Below, piece after piece: positions 1 to 14,499 of a DNA stretch of 64,000 nt; positions within the stretch are counted from its first letter, which is position 1; every line of letters starts with the position of its first letter. Position numbers and translations under genes: made by a program. The stretch comes from Eledone cirrhosa (Eukaryota): contig OZ024746.1 of NCBI GenBank assembly GCA_964016885.1, forward strand, positions 6,076,001-6,140,000, given 5' to 3'. Under the pieces are notes generated by a model. The model searched no databases and had not been told where the DNA came from. It was given only the letters and a program-made list of their open reading frames with translations.

Positions 1-442
1 TTATTCCAGATAAAGCAAGTCAAAAAAAGCGACAAAGAGATATAAGGGTAGATCGACTCCAGTATTTGACTGGTACTATTTTATCGACCTAGAATGGATT
101 GAACCAGAGAAGAGAGAGACAGAACGAGTCCACAAAACATTCCATCCGGCGTTCTGTTCACTCTAGCAATTCACCAAATTACTTGATTCATGAATTATTA
201 AAACAGTACAATCCTATTGTTTAACATAGAAAAGTTGGGCTGTAATTAATGTACTCCCCAACTATTTAAAATCCTATCCCATTACATCGAATTCTATTAT
301 CAAATTATTATTATTTGTATCTCCATAATTATCAGCACATAGCAAATACGTTTTTTCCAATTAATTCAGATAAAATAATCATATGAATGATATAGTTATA
401 ATGATTGTATTAAAGGTCATTATTTTCTATTGCCAAATAGTG

Positions 443-625
443 GATTGGCAGTATCGGTAGAGGGTCGGACGCCATTCTTTGACGGATAGAGTTACGGCCT
501 TTGCCATTCTCAGTTCAAATCCCGCCGAGGTTAACTTTGTCTTTAATCCTTACGGGGAGATAAAATAAAGTACCAGTAATGCACTGGGATAATTGCTGGC
601 CTTGTGCCAAAAGAAGAAACAATTA
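443..625 (+). mobile_element. tRNA-derived SINE (dominant family in the window)
   Basis: A-box-like TGGCAGTATCGG, B-box GTTCAAATC, and body CCGCCGAGGTTAACTTTG...AAAATAAAGTACCAG ending in an AATTATT tail; roughly 25 copies in the window. Confidence 0.85.
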
Positions 626-1020
626 TTTTCTATTGCCAAATAGTCTTATAAAAAATGTTACAGAAATATAAGCAATGAGATATCTTGGTGGTTTCTTCAG
701 AGGAGGTGGGTTCCACCATGTTCAAAAATAGCCGAGAAACGCCGTCAATATGGCTACGGGACTAAAAAAGTGGAATATCTGATTATTTTTCACAGTCTCA
801 ATAGGGACAGGGAGTCAAATAAAATGGGAGAAAGGGGAAAGTGGGAAGGAAAAAAGAAATATGGGTGCATTTTAGAGAGAGAGAGAGAGTGAAAGAAAGA
901 TAGACGAGAGGAAAACAAAATAGGAGAAGGGTAGAAAGTACAAGAAGGAGAAAAAGGGAAGCATAGAGAGATAAAAAGAGGGAGCAGCAGTGAATGAAAG
1001 ATAGAAAGAGAGAATGAGAT

Positions 1021-1058
<38 letters not shown>

Positions 1059-1189
1059 AAAGAGAGAAGCGAAACATAATTTACTAAGCGAACAACTCCG
1101 AATTAAGGAGAAAATTAACAGGAACAAATTTAAGAGCTTTCCACTGTCACTCAACAAAATAATATATTTCACTTCGAGGAATCTTCAGA

Positions 1190-1760
1190 AAGAATTATTG
1201 GAATCAAGGACTATAAAGGGTTCCAATAGTTAGAGTTTGGTCCCTTCCGAACTATCTGTGCGGTCTCGGGATACGCAATCTTTGTGCGTCCATCCCACGA
1301 CTCCATGGCAGGTCACAGTTTTCGAAAATCCCCCTCTATCTAAAGCCTCAACGCGTCCCTTACTAACCAGCGTGAAGGTCGATGCGGTATGACTACCTTT
1401 GTTGTATCTAGCCATATGGAAATGTTTTTCTTTTTTTTTGTGTGCAGTTAAAAATGTCTCAGGAAAGAATCGCTGGACAGAGTTTACGGGCAAAGGCGCT
1501 GGATATTTTTTACGAAGAAAACGAGGAGACCCACGGGTTGACCCCGAGCAAGATAGTTGGATAACATAGATGAGCTCAGCTGGTCTCACTTGGATTTTCA
1601 GCCAGATCAGTTGGAGATGACTGCTTTTGACAGGACTTTTCAGGAAGAAGAAGAAGAAGGAGAAGGAGAAGAAGAAGAAGAAGGAGAAGGAGAAGAAGAA
1701 GAAGAAGAAGAAGAAGAAGAAGAAGAAGAAGAAGAAGAAGAAGAAGAAGAAGAAGAAGAA
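1190..1760. mobile_element. RTE-type LINE remnants: minus-strand 5' piece joined to plus-strand 3' end with (GAA)n tail
   Basis: 1215-1290 resembles 15465-15530 (GGTTCCAA...GGTCTCGGGATACGCAAT); 1445-1640 resembles 47690-47860 (TGGATAACAT..ATGAGCT..GCTGGTCTCACTTGG); both plus-strand pieces end in GAA repeats (1643-1760 here). Confidence 0.6.
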
Positions 1761-2224
1761 TATAAAACTGAACAGAAATAGGAAATATGTACAGTGGTTA
1801 GTTGCTAAATTGTTGTATGTCGTTTAACATTCTCGTAAATTAATGTGACTGAATGTTTTAGAATAAGTTATTGCAAGGAATTAATAATTCAGGTTATGGA
1901 ATTTTGAAAATATTAGCTCGCTTAGAAGTCTGCTCTTTCATCGATTGATGTCTATATGGTGAATATAAACATTGCAACACTGACTTTCCAGTGTTATGAT
2001 ACTGGGATTAAGTGAAAAATTCAAAGTTGAAATGTTATATAGCATCGATCATTTTCATGAATTCAACCGATGGAATAGATAAACCTAGAAGCTGTCAGAA
2101 TCAATGAGTCACATACAATTATTTTATATTTGTTTTTTCAGACAGAAAAATTGCAATAAAGACCAGTAAAATGGTGTCAAGGAATATTCCAGTGATGATG
2201 ATGATGATGATGATGATGAGGATG

Positions 2225-3572
2225 ATAATGGTTTCTGATTGAGGCCAACAAATATGTGGGTATGGGAAAAGTCGCTTAAATCGACCCCTGTAGCAAAGCT
2301 CGCCTCAGCGGTATTTAACTCAGAACGTAAAGGGCCGCAACTCTCTGCCTTGAAGCAGGGTGTCAGACCATTTACTGATACTGCCAATCCATCGCCCTCA
2401 TAATAATGATAATAATAGTTTCTGATTTAGGCACAAAGCCAACAAATTTTGTGAGAGGAGAAATTCGATTAAATCGAACCAGTGCATTACTGGTACTTTA
2501 TTGAACCCCGTAAGGATAAAAGGCAAAGGTAACCACGGCGGGATTTGAACTCAGAGTGTAAATAATAAAATAATGATTATAATAATATTAAATATGACAA
2601 ACAATATATAAATGTTATATAACAGTTAGGTAGGTTAGAGAAAATACTGTTAACATTGAAATGTTGATGAAATCTGTTCGTTTAATTGGACTTTTCCAGT
2701 TATTTTATATTAACATTCATTCTTTTAATAAAACTAAAGCTATAAACTAATTAAGATCATAGACAGATCTTGATCGTAGACTTTAATTGTACGCTAATGC
2801 TTAGTAATCAACATATCCTGAAAAAATAAACTGGCAGACATCTTGTTTACGTTGAGTAGCAACATTTCACTATAACATTTTTACATCAAACATTACACAA
2901 ATACCGACTAAATTTTAATATAAAATTTATTGTTTCTTTTCCTTTTGAAAATAATTGTAATTAAGGCCCTAAAAGTTCCCGCTCATCAATTGTTGTCGGT
3001 ATAAGTGGAAGAAATGTGTGTAATTTAAGCAAGATATTGTACTAAATATTATATTACAGATAATATACTTCTCTGAAAAATAAATGAAAGTTATATTCTA
3101 TTTTATTTCTTTCATAGATTTTTTTTGTTTTTGCTTTTCATTAAAATTCACAATGTATTTCACGACTAGACGTGTTACATTCCATGCTTTTCTTTATAGT
3201 TTTATCTTTCATGATGATGCAGTCTGACCAAATCTAAGGAATATAACTGTTTCTACATTTGGCACAAGTCCAGCAATTATCCCAGTGCATCACTGGTACT
3301 TTATTTTATCGACCCCGTAAGGATGAAAGGCAAAGTTAACCTCGGCGGGATTTGAACTCAGACAATAAAGGGACGTAACTCTTTGCTGCAAAGCATGGCG
3401 CCCGACCCTCTACCAATACTGCCAATCCACTGCTCTTCTAAGGAATATAATAAGGTATAGATACATAATTGTTTCTACTTTTGGCACAAGCCCAGCAATT
3501 ACCCAGTACATTACTGGTATTTTATTTTATCGACCCCGTAAGGATGAAAGGCAAAGTTAACCTCGGCGGGAT
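2225..3572 (-). mobile_element. Four SINE copies (about 2225-2395, 2415-2560, 3245-3435, 3466-3572) separated by AT-rich DNA
   Basis: Reverse complement of the SINE body: CTGGTACTTTATTTTATCGACCCCGTAAGGATGAAAGGCAAAGTTAACCTCGGCGGGATTTGAACTC. Confidence 0.8.
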
Positions 3573-4152
3573 ATAATAAGGTATAGATATAATAAGGTAT
3601 AGATACATAATCACAGAGGATAATAATGAAAATACACTGAAAGCATTTACAGTTGCTTATTGCGTAGGAAGCTTTGAATCTAGTTCTAGGTTCAAAGTAA
3701 AACGAAATATTGATTAGTTATACATTACTACCTGGAACGGTGAATTATCCTCTGTATAATGTATTCTATATCAAGGTGGCCTCAGTTATTAACAAAGTGT
3801 AGAGTAGTAAATAAGGAATTCTCATTTATAATTTAATATATTCTCAAAGATATAAGTACTATATTGTAAATGTCCTTTCGATGTGAAGTATATATCATAT
3901 CGTGTCTTTAAATGTTACTGAATGTACAAAAAGACAGCTATGATCATAAGCAGTAAAGATACATTCGTAAATTTACTTTTATAAATCACAAGAGTTAATA
4001 GTTCACGTAAAGTCCTTAGTTATTACCTCAAAAAGAGTAGGAGATTGAAGTAATAAGTAAAGAAAAGTAGTTAAAGAAAAACGTACGTTTCTATAATCTA
4101 AACTTAATCCATGAACAGATGATAGAAATTCCCAGTAAACGAATGGATAATA

Positions 4153-4881
<729 letters not shown>

Positions 4882-5171
4882 TTATTAAAATAACAGATTA
4901 AAGTTTAAGCAAAGAATCGCTGCTTTCACCCTTAACGGGATCTTCTGAAACTAACAAAGTCAATCTGTAAACGCAGAACTGGATATTTCAAAAAACGTTG
5001 CAACCGGAGGAAGACAGGAAGACGATACTTTGGTTCGTGGAAACCTTCGCTGGCTAAGAACGGGAAAAAAACGAATATAATACGTCATTAATAGGAGCGG
5101 TGAAAAACAATACGCGCAAAGACTGAACCACGTTTATAGTATAATAGAGGTCGTAGACTAAAAACGTTTCG

Positions 5172-5995
5172 TTGAGGCTTTCCCGTCTTTCCACCAACGA
5201 GCGTATTTTCAACGACCATTCCACTTATTACAATGAAGCTCTTGCTCGAAGTGGATTTGTCGATAAGGTAGCATATACAGAGTACGAAAATAGACCTAGA
5301 AGAAATAGATCCCGTCGCATTTGTTGGTATAACCCCCCATATAATATGGAGGTGGCCACACCATTAGCTAAGATCTTTCTTTCCCTTATTACGAAGCATT
5401 TTCCCCCTACACATAAATATAGTAAAGTTTTTAATAGAAATACTATTAAAATTTCTTACTCTACGACTCCTAACCTTGCACATAACATCACAGCTTCAAA
5501 TTTAGCTAAACTACCTAGCCGTAGGAACACGTGCAACCCTGTAGTTAGTACTAACTGTAATTGTAGGAATCGGGTTGATTGCCCCTATCCGGTAAATGCC
5601 TCTCTAGTAACATTGTCTACAAATGTAAGGTTGTAACACCCACGTCCCGTAGGGCCTACATGGGGTTAACCGCCAATAGATTCAAGCAGCGTCTTTACAT
5701 GCATACCCATTCTTTTCGTTACCCTCTAAGAAGGAATATGACGTCACTTTCAGCTTATATGTGGAGTCTAAAAGACAACCACGCCCAATATAAGTTACAC
5801 TGGGAGATCCTAGCGAGGGCTAGATCGTATAACGGAAATAAAAGACCGTGAGACCTCTGCGCCGCTGAGGCCCTGGAAATACTCTACGCCACAGACCACA
5901 TCTTAAACAAAAAATCTGAGGCAATTTCGGCTTGTAAACATAAATTGCACAAAACTTTCCTGTATTACAGCCCCACGTTATACCCTAACGGATAG
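5172..5995 (+). pseudogene. PLE RT-thumb, CxCx5C linker and GIY-YIG endonuclease remnant
   Basis: Motifs YYNEALARSG, WYNPPY, FNRNTIKISYS, CNCRNRVDCP, IVYKC..AYMGLT..FKQR..H, LSAYMWSLK, WEIL, P*DLC..E, LNKKSE..CKH; frameshift near 5585 and in-frame TGA at 5849. Confidence 0.9.
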
Positions 5996-6922
5996 TACGA
6001 TCTATACGTGGATATTTTACGTCTCGATGTGGGAGCTAAGTATATGTTTTGTTTATACCCTTACTTATTTGCATAGGTAAGTATATATTATCCGTTTTGT
6101 GAAGGTACGTATACCTTCTCGTACGTATATTTGATTGTTATGGCGTATAATTTTTTTATATATTCTGTAACATATGGTTCGACTATGTGTATACGGGAGT
6201 TTTGCGTCTGTGTGAGTATGCAGGTTCGTACGTATGTAGGGCGTGTGTATATGTGTACTTCATGTTTTGGTTGACTTACATCTCCGAACATTCGTGTATT
6301 TACATGTAGGTATGTGTGTGCGCTTGTTATATACGTATTTATTTATTTATATACGTTTATATAATTATTTATTTATTTGTATATACGCTTACACACACAC
6401 ACATATTTATATGTGCGTGGTTTTGTTTACCTATGGTAAGTTTTTGCGTATGCTTGTGTATGTACGTTTCTGTTTGCGTGTATGTATTTATTTATTTCTA
6501 TTACTTCTGTATTGTATTTATTTACTTTGTTCTTAACTCCGTAGCGGAGATTCATTCGGTCTCCTAGTTAGAATTTAGTCTACGACTTCTGCTATACCAT
6601 TTACGTGGTTTTGTCTTTGCGTGCTATTGTTCTCCACGGTCCACATATGACGTATTATCTTCGTTTTTTTAGTTCATCGCCATAGAACGTCTCTATGCAC
6701 CACCTAAGAGAACATTAGTCTACGACCTCTATTATACTATAAACGTGGTTCTGTCTTTGCGCGTATTGTTTTTCACCGCTCCTATTAATGACGTATTATA
6801 TTCGTTTTTTCCCGTTCTTAGCCAGCGAACGTTTCCACGAACCAAAGTATCGTCTTCCTGTCTTCCTCCGGTTGCAACGTTTTTAAAAATATCCAGTTCT
6901 GCGTTTACAGATTGATTTTGTT

Positions 6923-6973
6923 AGTTTCAGAAGATCCCGTTAAGGGTGAAAGCAGCGATTCTTTGCTTAAACT
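6923..6973 (+). ncRNA. Type I hammerhead-like motif, family B (core CAGAAGA, U4A)
   Basis: AGTTT-CAGAAGA-TCCCgttaaGGGT-GAA-AGCA(9)TGCT-T-AAACT; other copies at about 4902-4952(-), 16305-16355(-), 17528-17578 (stem II broken) and 24773-24825. Confidence 0.65.
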
Positions 6974-7091
6974 TTAATCTGTTATTTTAATAAATATTTG
7001 CTCTACGGTTCTTATATATTTGATATATATTTATCCTTATCGAGCCCTCTTTGGATTTTAGTCTTCAAATTTATTTTTATTACTATTATAT

Positions 7092-9297
7092 GTCTTTCCA
7101 TCCATTCGGACGAAGCTCGTTGATAAACTAACTCCAGTCCCCCGCTATCTGTAAGTCTTATATTTTTATATGAGCTGATAGATGACGGTTTAAGGATTTA
7201 CAGAAACCCAAGAAGCTAGATATTCCATCTCTCTAGTGGGTCCGGGTATGCATTTTACATTCATTTCATTTATTGATTTATTGATAATTTATCTGAGTGT
7301 CCCGAATCTTCCATATCGAACTTATCGGTTATTTGTTTGATTGTAGACATATTCTACGTGTGACGGTATTTAACGATAGTTATAGCTCTAATTTATTTGA
7401 ATTATAGAGCCCTCTGCCGCTCATCTCGAATTTTGTTTATCGTGAACTCGTGCGCCGATTTTTCGATACTCGATTATTCTACTATATTTAGCTCTAGACT
7501 TAGCTATTGACCAGTTAATTTTATTGTTCATTTTTTGTCGATTCTATTAAATGATGAATAGCCCCTGTTTATTTTAACATGTCTATTGAGCACTCTTATT
7601 CGATATGTGTTTTTGCCACACTTTTCCGAATATTTTTGCGGATATAAAGGTTATCTCCCTTGCTGAAATCCATGTGCGTATTTTTAGCCTGGGTCTTGTC
7701 TTTCCATCCATTCGGACGAAGCTCGTTGATAAACTAACTCCAGTCCTCCGCTATCTGTAAGTCTTATATTTTTATATGAGCTGATAGATGACGGTTTAAG
7801 GATTTACAGAAACCCAAGAAGCTAGATATTCCATCTCTCTAGTGGGTCCGGGTATGCATTTTACATTCATTTCATTTATTGATTTATTGATAATTTATCT
7901 GAGTGTCCCGAATCTTCCATATCGAACTTATCGATTATTTGTTTGATTGTAGACATATTCTACGTGTGATGGTATTTAACGATAGTTATAGCTCTAATTT
8001 ATTTGAATTATAGAGCCCTCTGCCGCTCATCTCGAATTTTGTTTATCGTGAACTCGTGCGCCGATTTTTCGATACTCGATTATTCTACTATATTTAGCTC
8101 TAGACTTAGCTATTGACCAGTTAATTTTATTGTTCATTTTTTGTCGATTCTATTAAATGATGAATAGCCCCTGTTTATTTTAACATGTCTATTGAGCACT
8201 CTTATTCGATATGTGTTTTTGCCACACTTTTCCGAATATCTTTGCGGATATAAAGGTTATCTCCCTTGCTGAAATCCATGTGCGTATTTTTAGCCTGGGT
8301 CTTGTCTTTCCATCCATTCGGACGAAGCTCGTTGATAAACTAACTCCAGTCCCCCGCTATCTGTAAGTCTTATATTTTTATATGAGCTGATAGATGACGG
8401 TTTAAGGATTTACAGAAACCCAAGAAGCTAGATATTCCATCTCTCTAGTGGGTCCGGGTATGCATTTTACATTCATTTCATTTATTGATTTATTGATAAT
8501 TTATCTGAGTGTCCCGAATCTTCCATATCGAACTTATCGGTTATTTGGTTGATTGTAGACATATTCTACGTGTGACGGTATTTAACGATAGTTATAGCTC
8601 TAATTTATTTGAATTATAGAGCCCTCTGCCGCTCATCTCGAATTTTGTTTATCGTGAACTCGTGCGCCGATTTTTCGATACTCGATTATTCTACTATATT
8701 TAGCTCTAGACTTAGCTATTGACCAGTTAATTTTATTGTTCATTTTTTGTCGATTCTATTAAATGATGAATAGCCCCTGTTTATTTTAACATGTCTATTG
8801 AGCACTCTTATTCGATATGTGTTTTTGCCACACTTTTCCGAATATTTTTGCGGATATAAAGGTTATCTCCCTTGCTGAAATCCATGTGCGTATTTTTAGC
8901 CTGGGTCTTGTCTTTCCATCCATTCGGACGAAGCTCGTTGATAAACTAACTCCAGTCCCCCGCTATCTGTAAGTCTTATATTTTTATATGAGCTGATAGA
9001 TGACGGTTTAAGGATTTACAGAAACCCAAGAAGCTAGATATTCCATCTCTCTAGTGGGTCCGGGTATGCATTTTACATTCATTTCATTTATTGATTTATT
9101 GATAATTTATCTGAGTGTCCCGAATCTTCCATATCGAACTTATCGGTTATTTGGTTGATTGTAGACATATTCTACGTGTGACGGTATTTAACGATAGTTA
9201 TAGCTCTAATTTATTTGAATTATAGAGCCCTCTGCCGCTCATCTCGAATTTTGTTTATCGTGAACTCGTGCGCCGATTTTTCGATACTCGATTATTC

Positions 9298-9302
<5 letters not shown>
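7092..9302 (+). repeat. 606-bp tandem array, about 3.65 near-identical copies, each with an HHR-like motif
   Basis: GTCTTTCCATCCATTCGGACG starts at 7092, 7698, 8304 and 8910; only scattered substitutions between units; the last copy runs into (TA)n at ...TATTCTACTATA. Confidence 0.95.
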
Positions 9303-9335
<33 letters not shown>

Positions 9336-9359
9336 CATATATATACATACACACACACA

Positions 9360-9464
<105 letters not shown>

Positions 9465-10375
9465 TGTATATGCATATATATGTTTATATATACATATATA
9501 TATATGAGTGTGTGCGTGTGTGTATATGTGTTTTTATATGTAGTTATGAATGTGATTGTTTGTGATGTCAATTTTAATGAATTATACTTCAATAAGCATT
9601 ACAATGTTCTCATTGAATTGTAATATATATCTGTTAGACACGCAGTGACTAACAACATAATGTTTTAAGTCTGCGTGTTCTGACATATATGCGTAGCTCG
9701 TGAATAAAAAATTCAAGGGGTGTCGCTGGCTGTGGTGATCGCTGCCAAACATGTTTTGTAATGTATCGTCTTATTGGCTCATTTCATCGTCTTATTGGCT
9801 AATCAACCAACGAGAGTAATTGTTGCTCAAAAGCATCCGCTATTTTGTTTGCACGTTTATTTATCGTTTCGCTTTCAAATCTTCCTCCTGTATTTCGTCG
9901 TTTATCATCAAAATATTTTTCTGGTTTTGTTAAGTTATATTGTTAATTTATATATGATTTTTTTAAATTTATATTAACTATTTTAAATTTATATTAACTA
10001 TTTTTTTTCAGTTCGTTATAACATGCTTATACTATTGGTTGTATCGTATTTACTTGTATATTTGTCTATATTATTGTTCGTTTTATGTTAGATTATTTTA
10101 TTATTATTATGTTAGATTATTTTTGTATTATTATGTTAGACTATTTGTATGTAATATTTATTTTTTATTAATTCAAATATAACAATTATTATGTAAAATA
10201 TATTTATTTAATATTGATTGTTGTTTGTAGTTGTTTATTTTAAAAGTCTGAAAATATGTTTATACATCTTACAATAATATTTATAAGATCAATTATAAAA
10301 TAACAATTATATAATCTAATTACATTACAACGATAATTTATTATTAATATATATCATGTTTAACTAGAGTTATTA

Positions 10376-10784
10376 CAAGCTCAAAAAGAGCCACAGAATG
10401 TTATAATAAACCTTCAAAAGTGTGGGACTAGAGTTGTTGCTCAAAGATATTGTAATCATTATCTATCGTACACTCTGTGGCATCCTTTTATAAAAAAGAA
10501 ACTCATAACGAACTCAAGACGACATGATAATTATATAAGTGAATTTATAATATAGAATTCGGTTTAAGTGCATTTCGTATTAATCAATACTAAACATCTA
10601 ATATGAGATATTGAACATTAGCTTAAATAATTATCGTGTTGTCTTGAGTTCGTTATGAGTCTCTTTTTTATAAAAGGATGCCACAGAGTGTACGATAGAT
10701 AATGATTACAATATTTTTGAGCAACAACTCTAGTCCCACACTTTTGAAGGTTTATTATAACATTCTGTGGCTCTTTTGAGCTTG
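10376..10784. repeat. Inverted repeat with about 165-bp arms (10376-10540, 10621-10784) and an 80-bp spacer
   Basis: CAAGCTCAAAAAGAGCCACAGAATG... versus ...CATTCTGTGGCTCTTTTGAGCTTG, with few mismatches. Confidence 0.9.
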
Positions 10785-12538
10785 CGCATTTTTCAGGTCT
10801 AGTGTATATATAAGACCAAGTAATCCACCCAAAGTCAGAATGACCGTGACATTGTGTGAGAAGGCTCACTAAAATACAAGCTCAATCCGTTGTTAGACTG
10901 CAGTGTTTTCGTTCGCCAAACATCTCTCATAAGGTTTTGGTCGACTCTAGTTTACGATTGAACAAAACCAAACTTACCCACACAGTTGTATCAAACACAG
11001 AACTGCTGTTTGTCAAGGGAACTTCGTAATCGCATGTGTATCCCTTACACACAGACATATAAAGGTCTATGTATAAAAACAAAAGACAAAGCACTTAATA
11101 CAAATAGAATGTATTTATATAATGTAATCAGCTTATATAACAATAATGCCAGTTCAGGGACACAATTGCTTTCAAGAAAAAAGGACTATTACAACATTAA
11201 AAGCCTTCACAGATAGCCAGCATCATTTTCTGTTAACTTATAACTGTCAAAATCTAAGTAACTGTTTGTTCTTGAGATCTTTTCTCTCCCCAGAAGTTGT
11301 ACAGTCAACAATGGTGACACCTTCAGACGGTACTAAGTGGAACTATATTTATCCAACAGCGAAAATCTTTCAAAAGTATTTTCCTTACAACATCTACAAC
11401 CATTCATAATAAAGACTAGAGAAGATTCCTTGTCTCTAGAAGTTCAGTGAGACCATGAAGAGGCATGTTCCCCAATAACATGGAATATCATATATAAAGC
11501 GGAGCCAGCCGCCACACACACTTCAATTGGTCAGAGAAATGTAGGTTTGACCTGAAGAACAAGTTCCTGACAATTTGAAGATGGAGAGGAAAAGAAAGAT
11601 AGAAAGAGAGCAGGAGGAGAGTCTGGCTGACTCTACACCTATCAGAGTAGTGTTTCAGCAACGCCCCGCCGACAAATTAGCAAAGCCATTTCTGCGGACA
11701 ACGGCCACGAAGATTAAAGGTATAAATATTTTCACGAAAAAGTTAAGGACCAAATACAGCTGTTGATTGATTCTGCAATCTGAGAATTTTAATAATATAG
11801 CTCATGATGCTTTCCCATCTTCCCCAAATTAAGTATATCCTATTCTGTTTATAGTAGATCTGCTAGGTCAACTACAATGTATTTTTATCCGTGCGGCGCA
11901 CTCCAAACAACACCCCGGCCTAAGCCAAGAATCCATCACCCTCTCCACTTCCCTCCTTACTTCTGTGACCCAAGAGCATATGCTTTTTCCCTCCCTTTTA
12001 GGGCATTTATAGTCCTTTCCTCTACTTTTCCATACAGCCAGATCTGCCCTTCTATACCCATTCACCCTTTTCTCATTACTTAATCTTGCTTTTTTCTTTC
12101 TGTTTCATATTTATATAATCAGCACTGTTTTTTGTATATATTAGATATCGTTATTTCTATAAATTAAATCTTATCAACAAAACATATGTACCTAAAATAA
12201 AATTCAAATTTCTAAACATAATTCCAAATTTCTAAACGTAACTAAATTTCACAGAACCATCCGTACATGTAGAATTATAGTTAATGGTATATTAAAATAT
12301 ACGTGTGTTGAAAGACCTGGAGAACCGAATTAATTTAGAAAATATTTAATTATTTATGACTAATTCAAAACACGATACAACACAATATATTTCTCAAAGG
12401 CAATTTCACTTCATTGCCAAATACATTTGGTATCTAAAGTACAGAGAATATGATACTCTTGTAATCGAGTGAAGCGTCTCTTAAATAGCTAAAGCAAGTA
12501 AATACCGCGGCAGTAATTGCTGTTTGTGTAGGTGTTGT

Positions 12539-12740
12539 GTATCAGTAGGATGAAAAGTTCCTAGGCTGTAGATGAAGGAGTTATGTTAGAGCTGTGAAAT
12601 GTAGTATACATTAATGTTAACTCTTTTAATTAATAACTGAATTGTTTCTTTCCATGGACTATGTTGAAAAATAAACCTCATTTGGTCATTCCGTGAGAGT
12701 ATCTTGGTCAGCCTATGGACATTTCAGCTGAATATAGAAG
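12539..12740. mobile_element. Degraded mariner-like MITE, related to 54389-54566 in opposite orientation
   Basis: TGAAAAGTTCCTAGG...GAGAGTATCTTGGTCAGCCTATGGACATTTCAGC matches the reverse complement of the 54389 element. Confidence 0.55.
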
Positions 12741-12819
12741 TATATAGAAGTATGTATTATTTTATTAGGTATATGTGTGTTATCTACCGAAGTTTCACTT
12801 ATTAAATTCCTCGATAGTG

Positions 12820-13745
12820 TATGGCATAAAATATCGTCTGTGCATTGCAGGACTATATTATAATTATTAGGCTCTTTATGGTCTGAGTTCAAATCCCGCC
12901 GAGGTTAACTTTGCCTTTCATCCTTACGGGGTCGATAAAATAAAGTACCAGTAATACACTGGGATAATTGCTGGACTTGTGCCAAAAGTAGAAACAATTA
13001 TTGTTGCCAGTCATTGTCGCAAAGCATATTATTCGATACTCTATCTATACTGCTAATCCACAGTCTTTGCGGTATAGAGTTGCGGCCCTTTATGTTCTAA
13101 TTTCGGATACCGCCGGGATTAACTTTGCCTTTCATCCTTAACGAGTCGATAAATTAAAGTACCAGTAACGCACTGGATTCGATTTAATCGACTTTTTCCT
13201 CCAGCAGAAATTGTTGGCCTTGTGCCTAAATCAGAAATCATTAAGGGTCGATAAATTAAAGTATCAGTAACGCACTGCGGTCGATTTTAATCGACTTTCC
13301 TCTCCTCCAGAATTGTTGGCCTTGTGCCTATATAAGAAACCATATTGGCAGTATCAGTAGAGGACGGACGCCATGCTTTGACGCATAGAGTTACGGCCCT
13401 TGCCATTCTGAGTTCAAATCCCGCCGAGGTTAACTTTGCCTTTCATCCTTACGGAGTCGATAAAATAAAGTACCAGTAATGCACTGGGTAATTTCTGGCC
13501 TTGTACCAAAAATAGAAACAATTATTATCATAAATATTGGCAGTATCGTAGAGGGTCCCAAAACATGCTTTGTGGCATATAGTTACGACCTTTTAAATTC
13601 TGAGGTTAAATCATGCCGGAGTTAGCTTTGTCTTCCACCCTTATGGGGTCGATTAAATAAAGTACCAGTTTTGCACTAGGATGGATTTAATCGACTTTTC
13701 TCTCTCCCTCGAAATTGTTGCCCTTGTGCAATCACAAACAATTAA
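12820..13745 (+). mobile_element. Head-to-tail cluster of about five SINE copies
   Basis: Repeated SINE bodies at about 12885, 13110, 13245, 13344-13525 (complete) and 13537-13745. Confidence 0.85.
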
Positions 13746-14499
13746 CGTGTATATTATACTTCGTATTTATGGATTTACCAATAATTTTGTTTAATTATAA
13801 TACACATTTATCTAATATATCTCAATCTTTGTTAAGAAATTCTAAGATATAGACATGAAAAGAAAACTTAATAGAAAGTTATAATAGGAAATGATTTGTT
13901 AATAAAATGGAAATGATTATAGGAAGGTATGTGGTATACAACAAACTGTGGTATTCAACTTATTTACAAGAGCATTAGTACAACAAATGAAGCCACTTTA
14001 ATTAAAAATCGATAACACAACGTAGACGACAATAATTGCAAGTTATATCGGTGTCTGGTTGAGAAGATGTTTCTATAATTTAAAATTTCGAGGAAATAAT
14101 ATTCATGTAACGTTCATATCCTTTCCAAGAGGATTAACTCTGTCAGTGAAGTGAAACGAATACAGCACACAATTACAAACTTATCTTACAATTAAAGTAT
14201 ACTACATTTTAACGCTTCACATAATACCTGTTACGTTAAAAGGTAATTATGGTTTCATAACAATTATTGACACAATGTCTCAAGTTTGTTTTACTTAGAA
14301 TACGAGATTCGTTCTACAATTACTGGGATACTTGAGTGAGTGAACCAAATTCAACTTACTTTAATTTCGTAAAATATGGTATATTCGTACGCTGTATGTT
14401 TGTGTGTGTGACAGCTCACACCTATGCAGGTTTAGCTGGCCTCCTCCAAGGTATATCTCGTTGGAGGTGTCTTGGGTGATTTAATGATAGGGACCCACT

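Noticed and set aside
443-625. A and B boxes as possible tRNA genes
   Set aside because: No cloverleaf is present; these are multi-copy SINE heads
7092-9302. Unit length of 606 bp is divisible by three, suggesting a coding repeat
   Set aside because: The six-frame track shows no ORF spanning a unit
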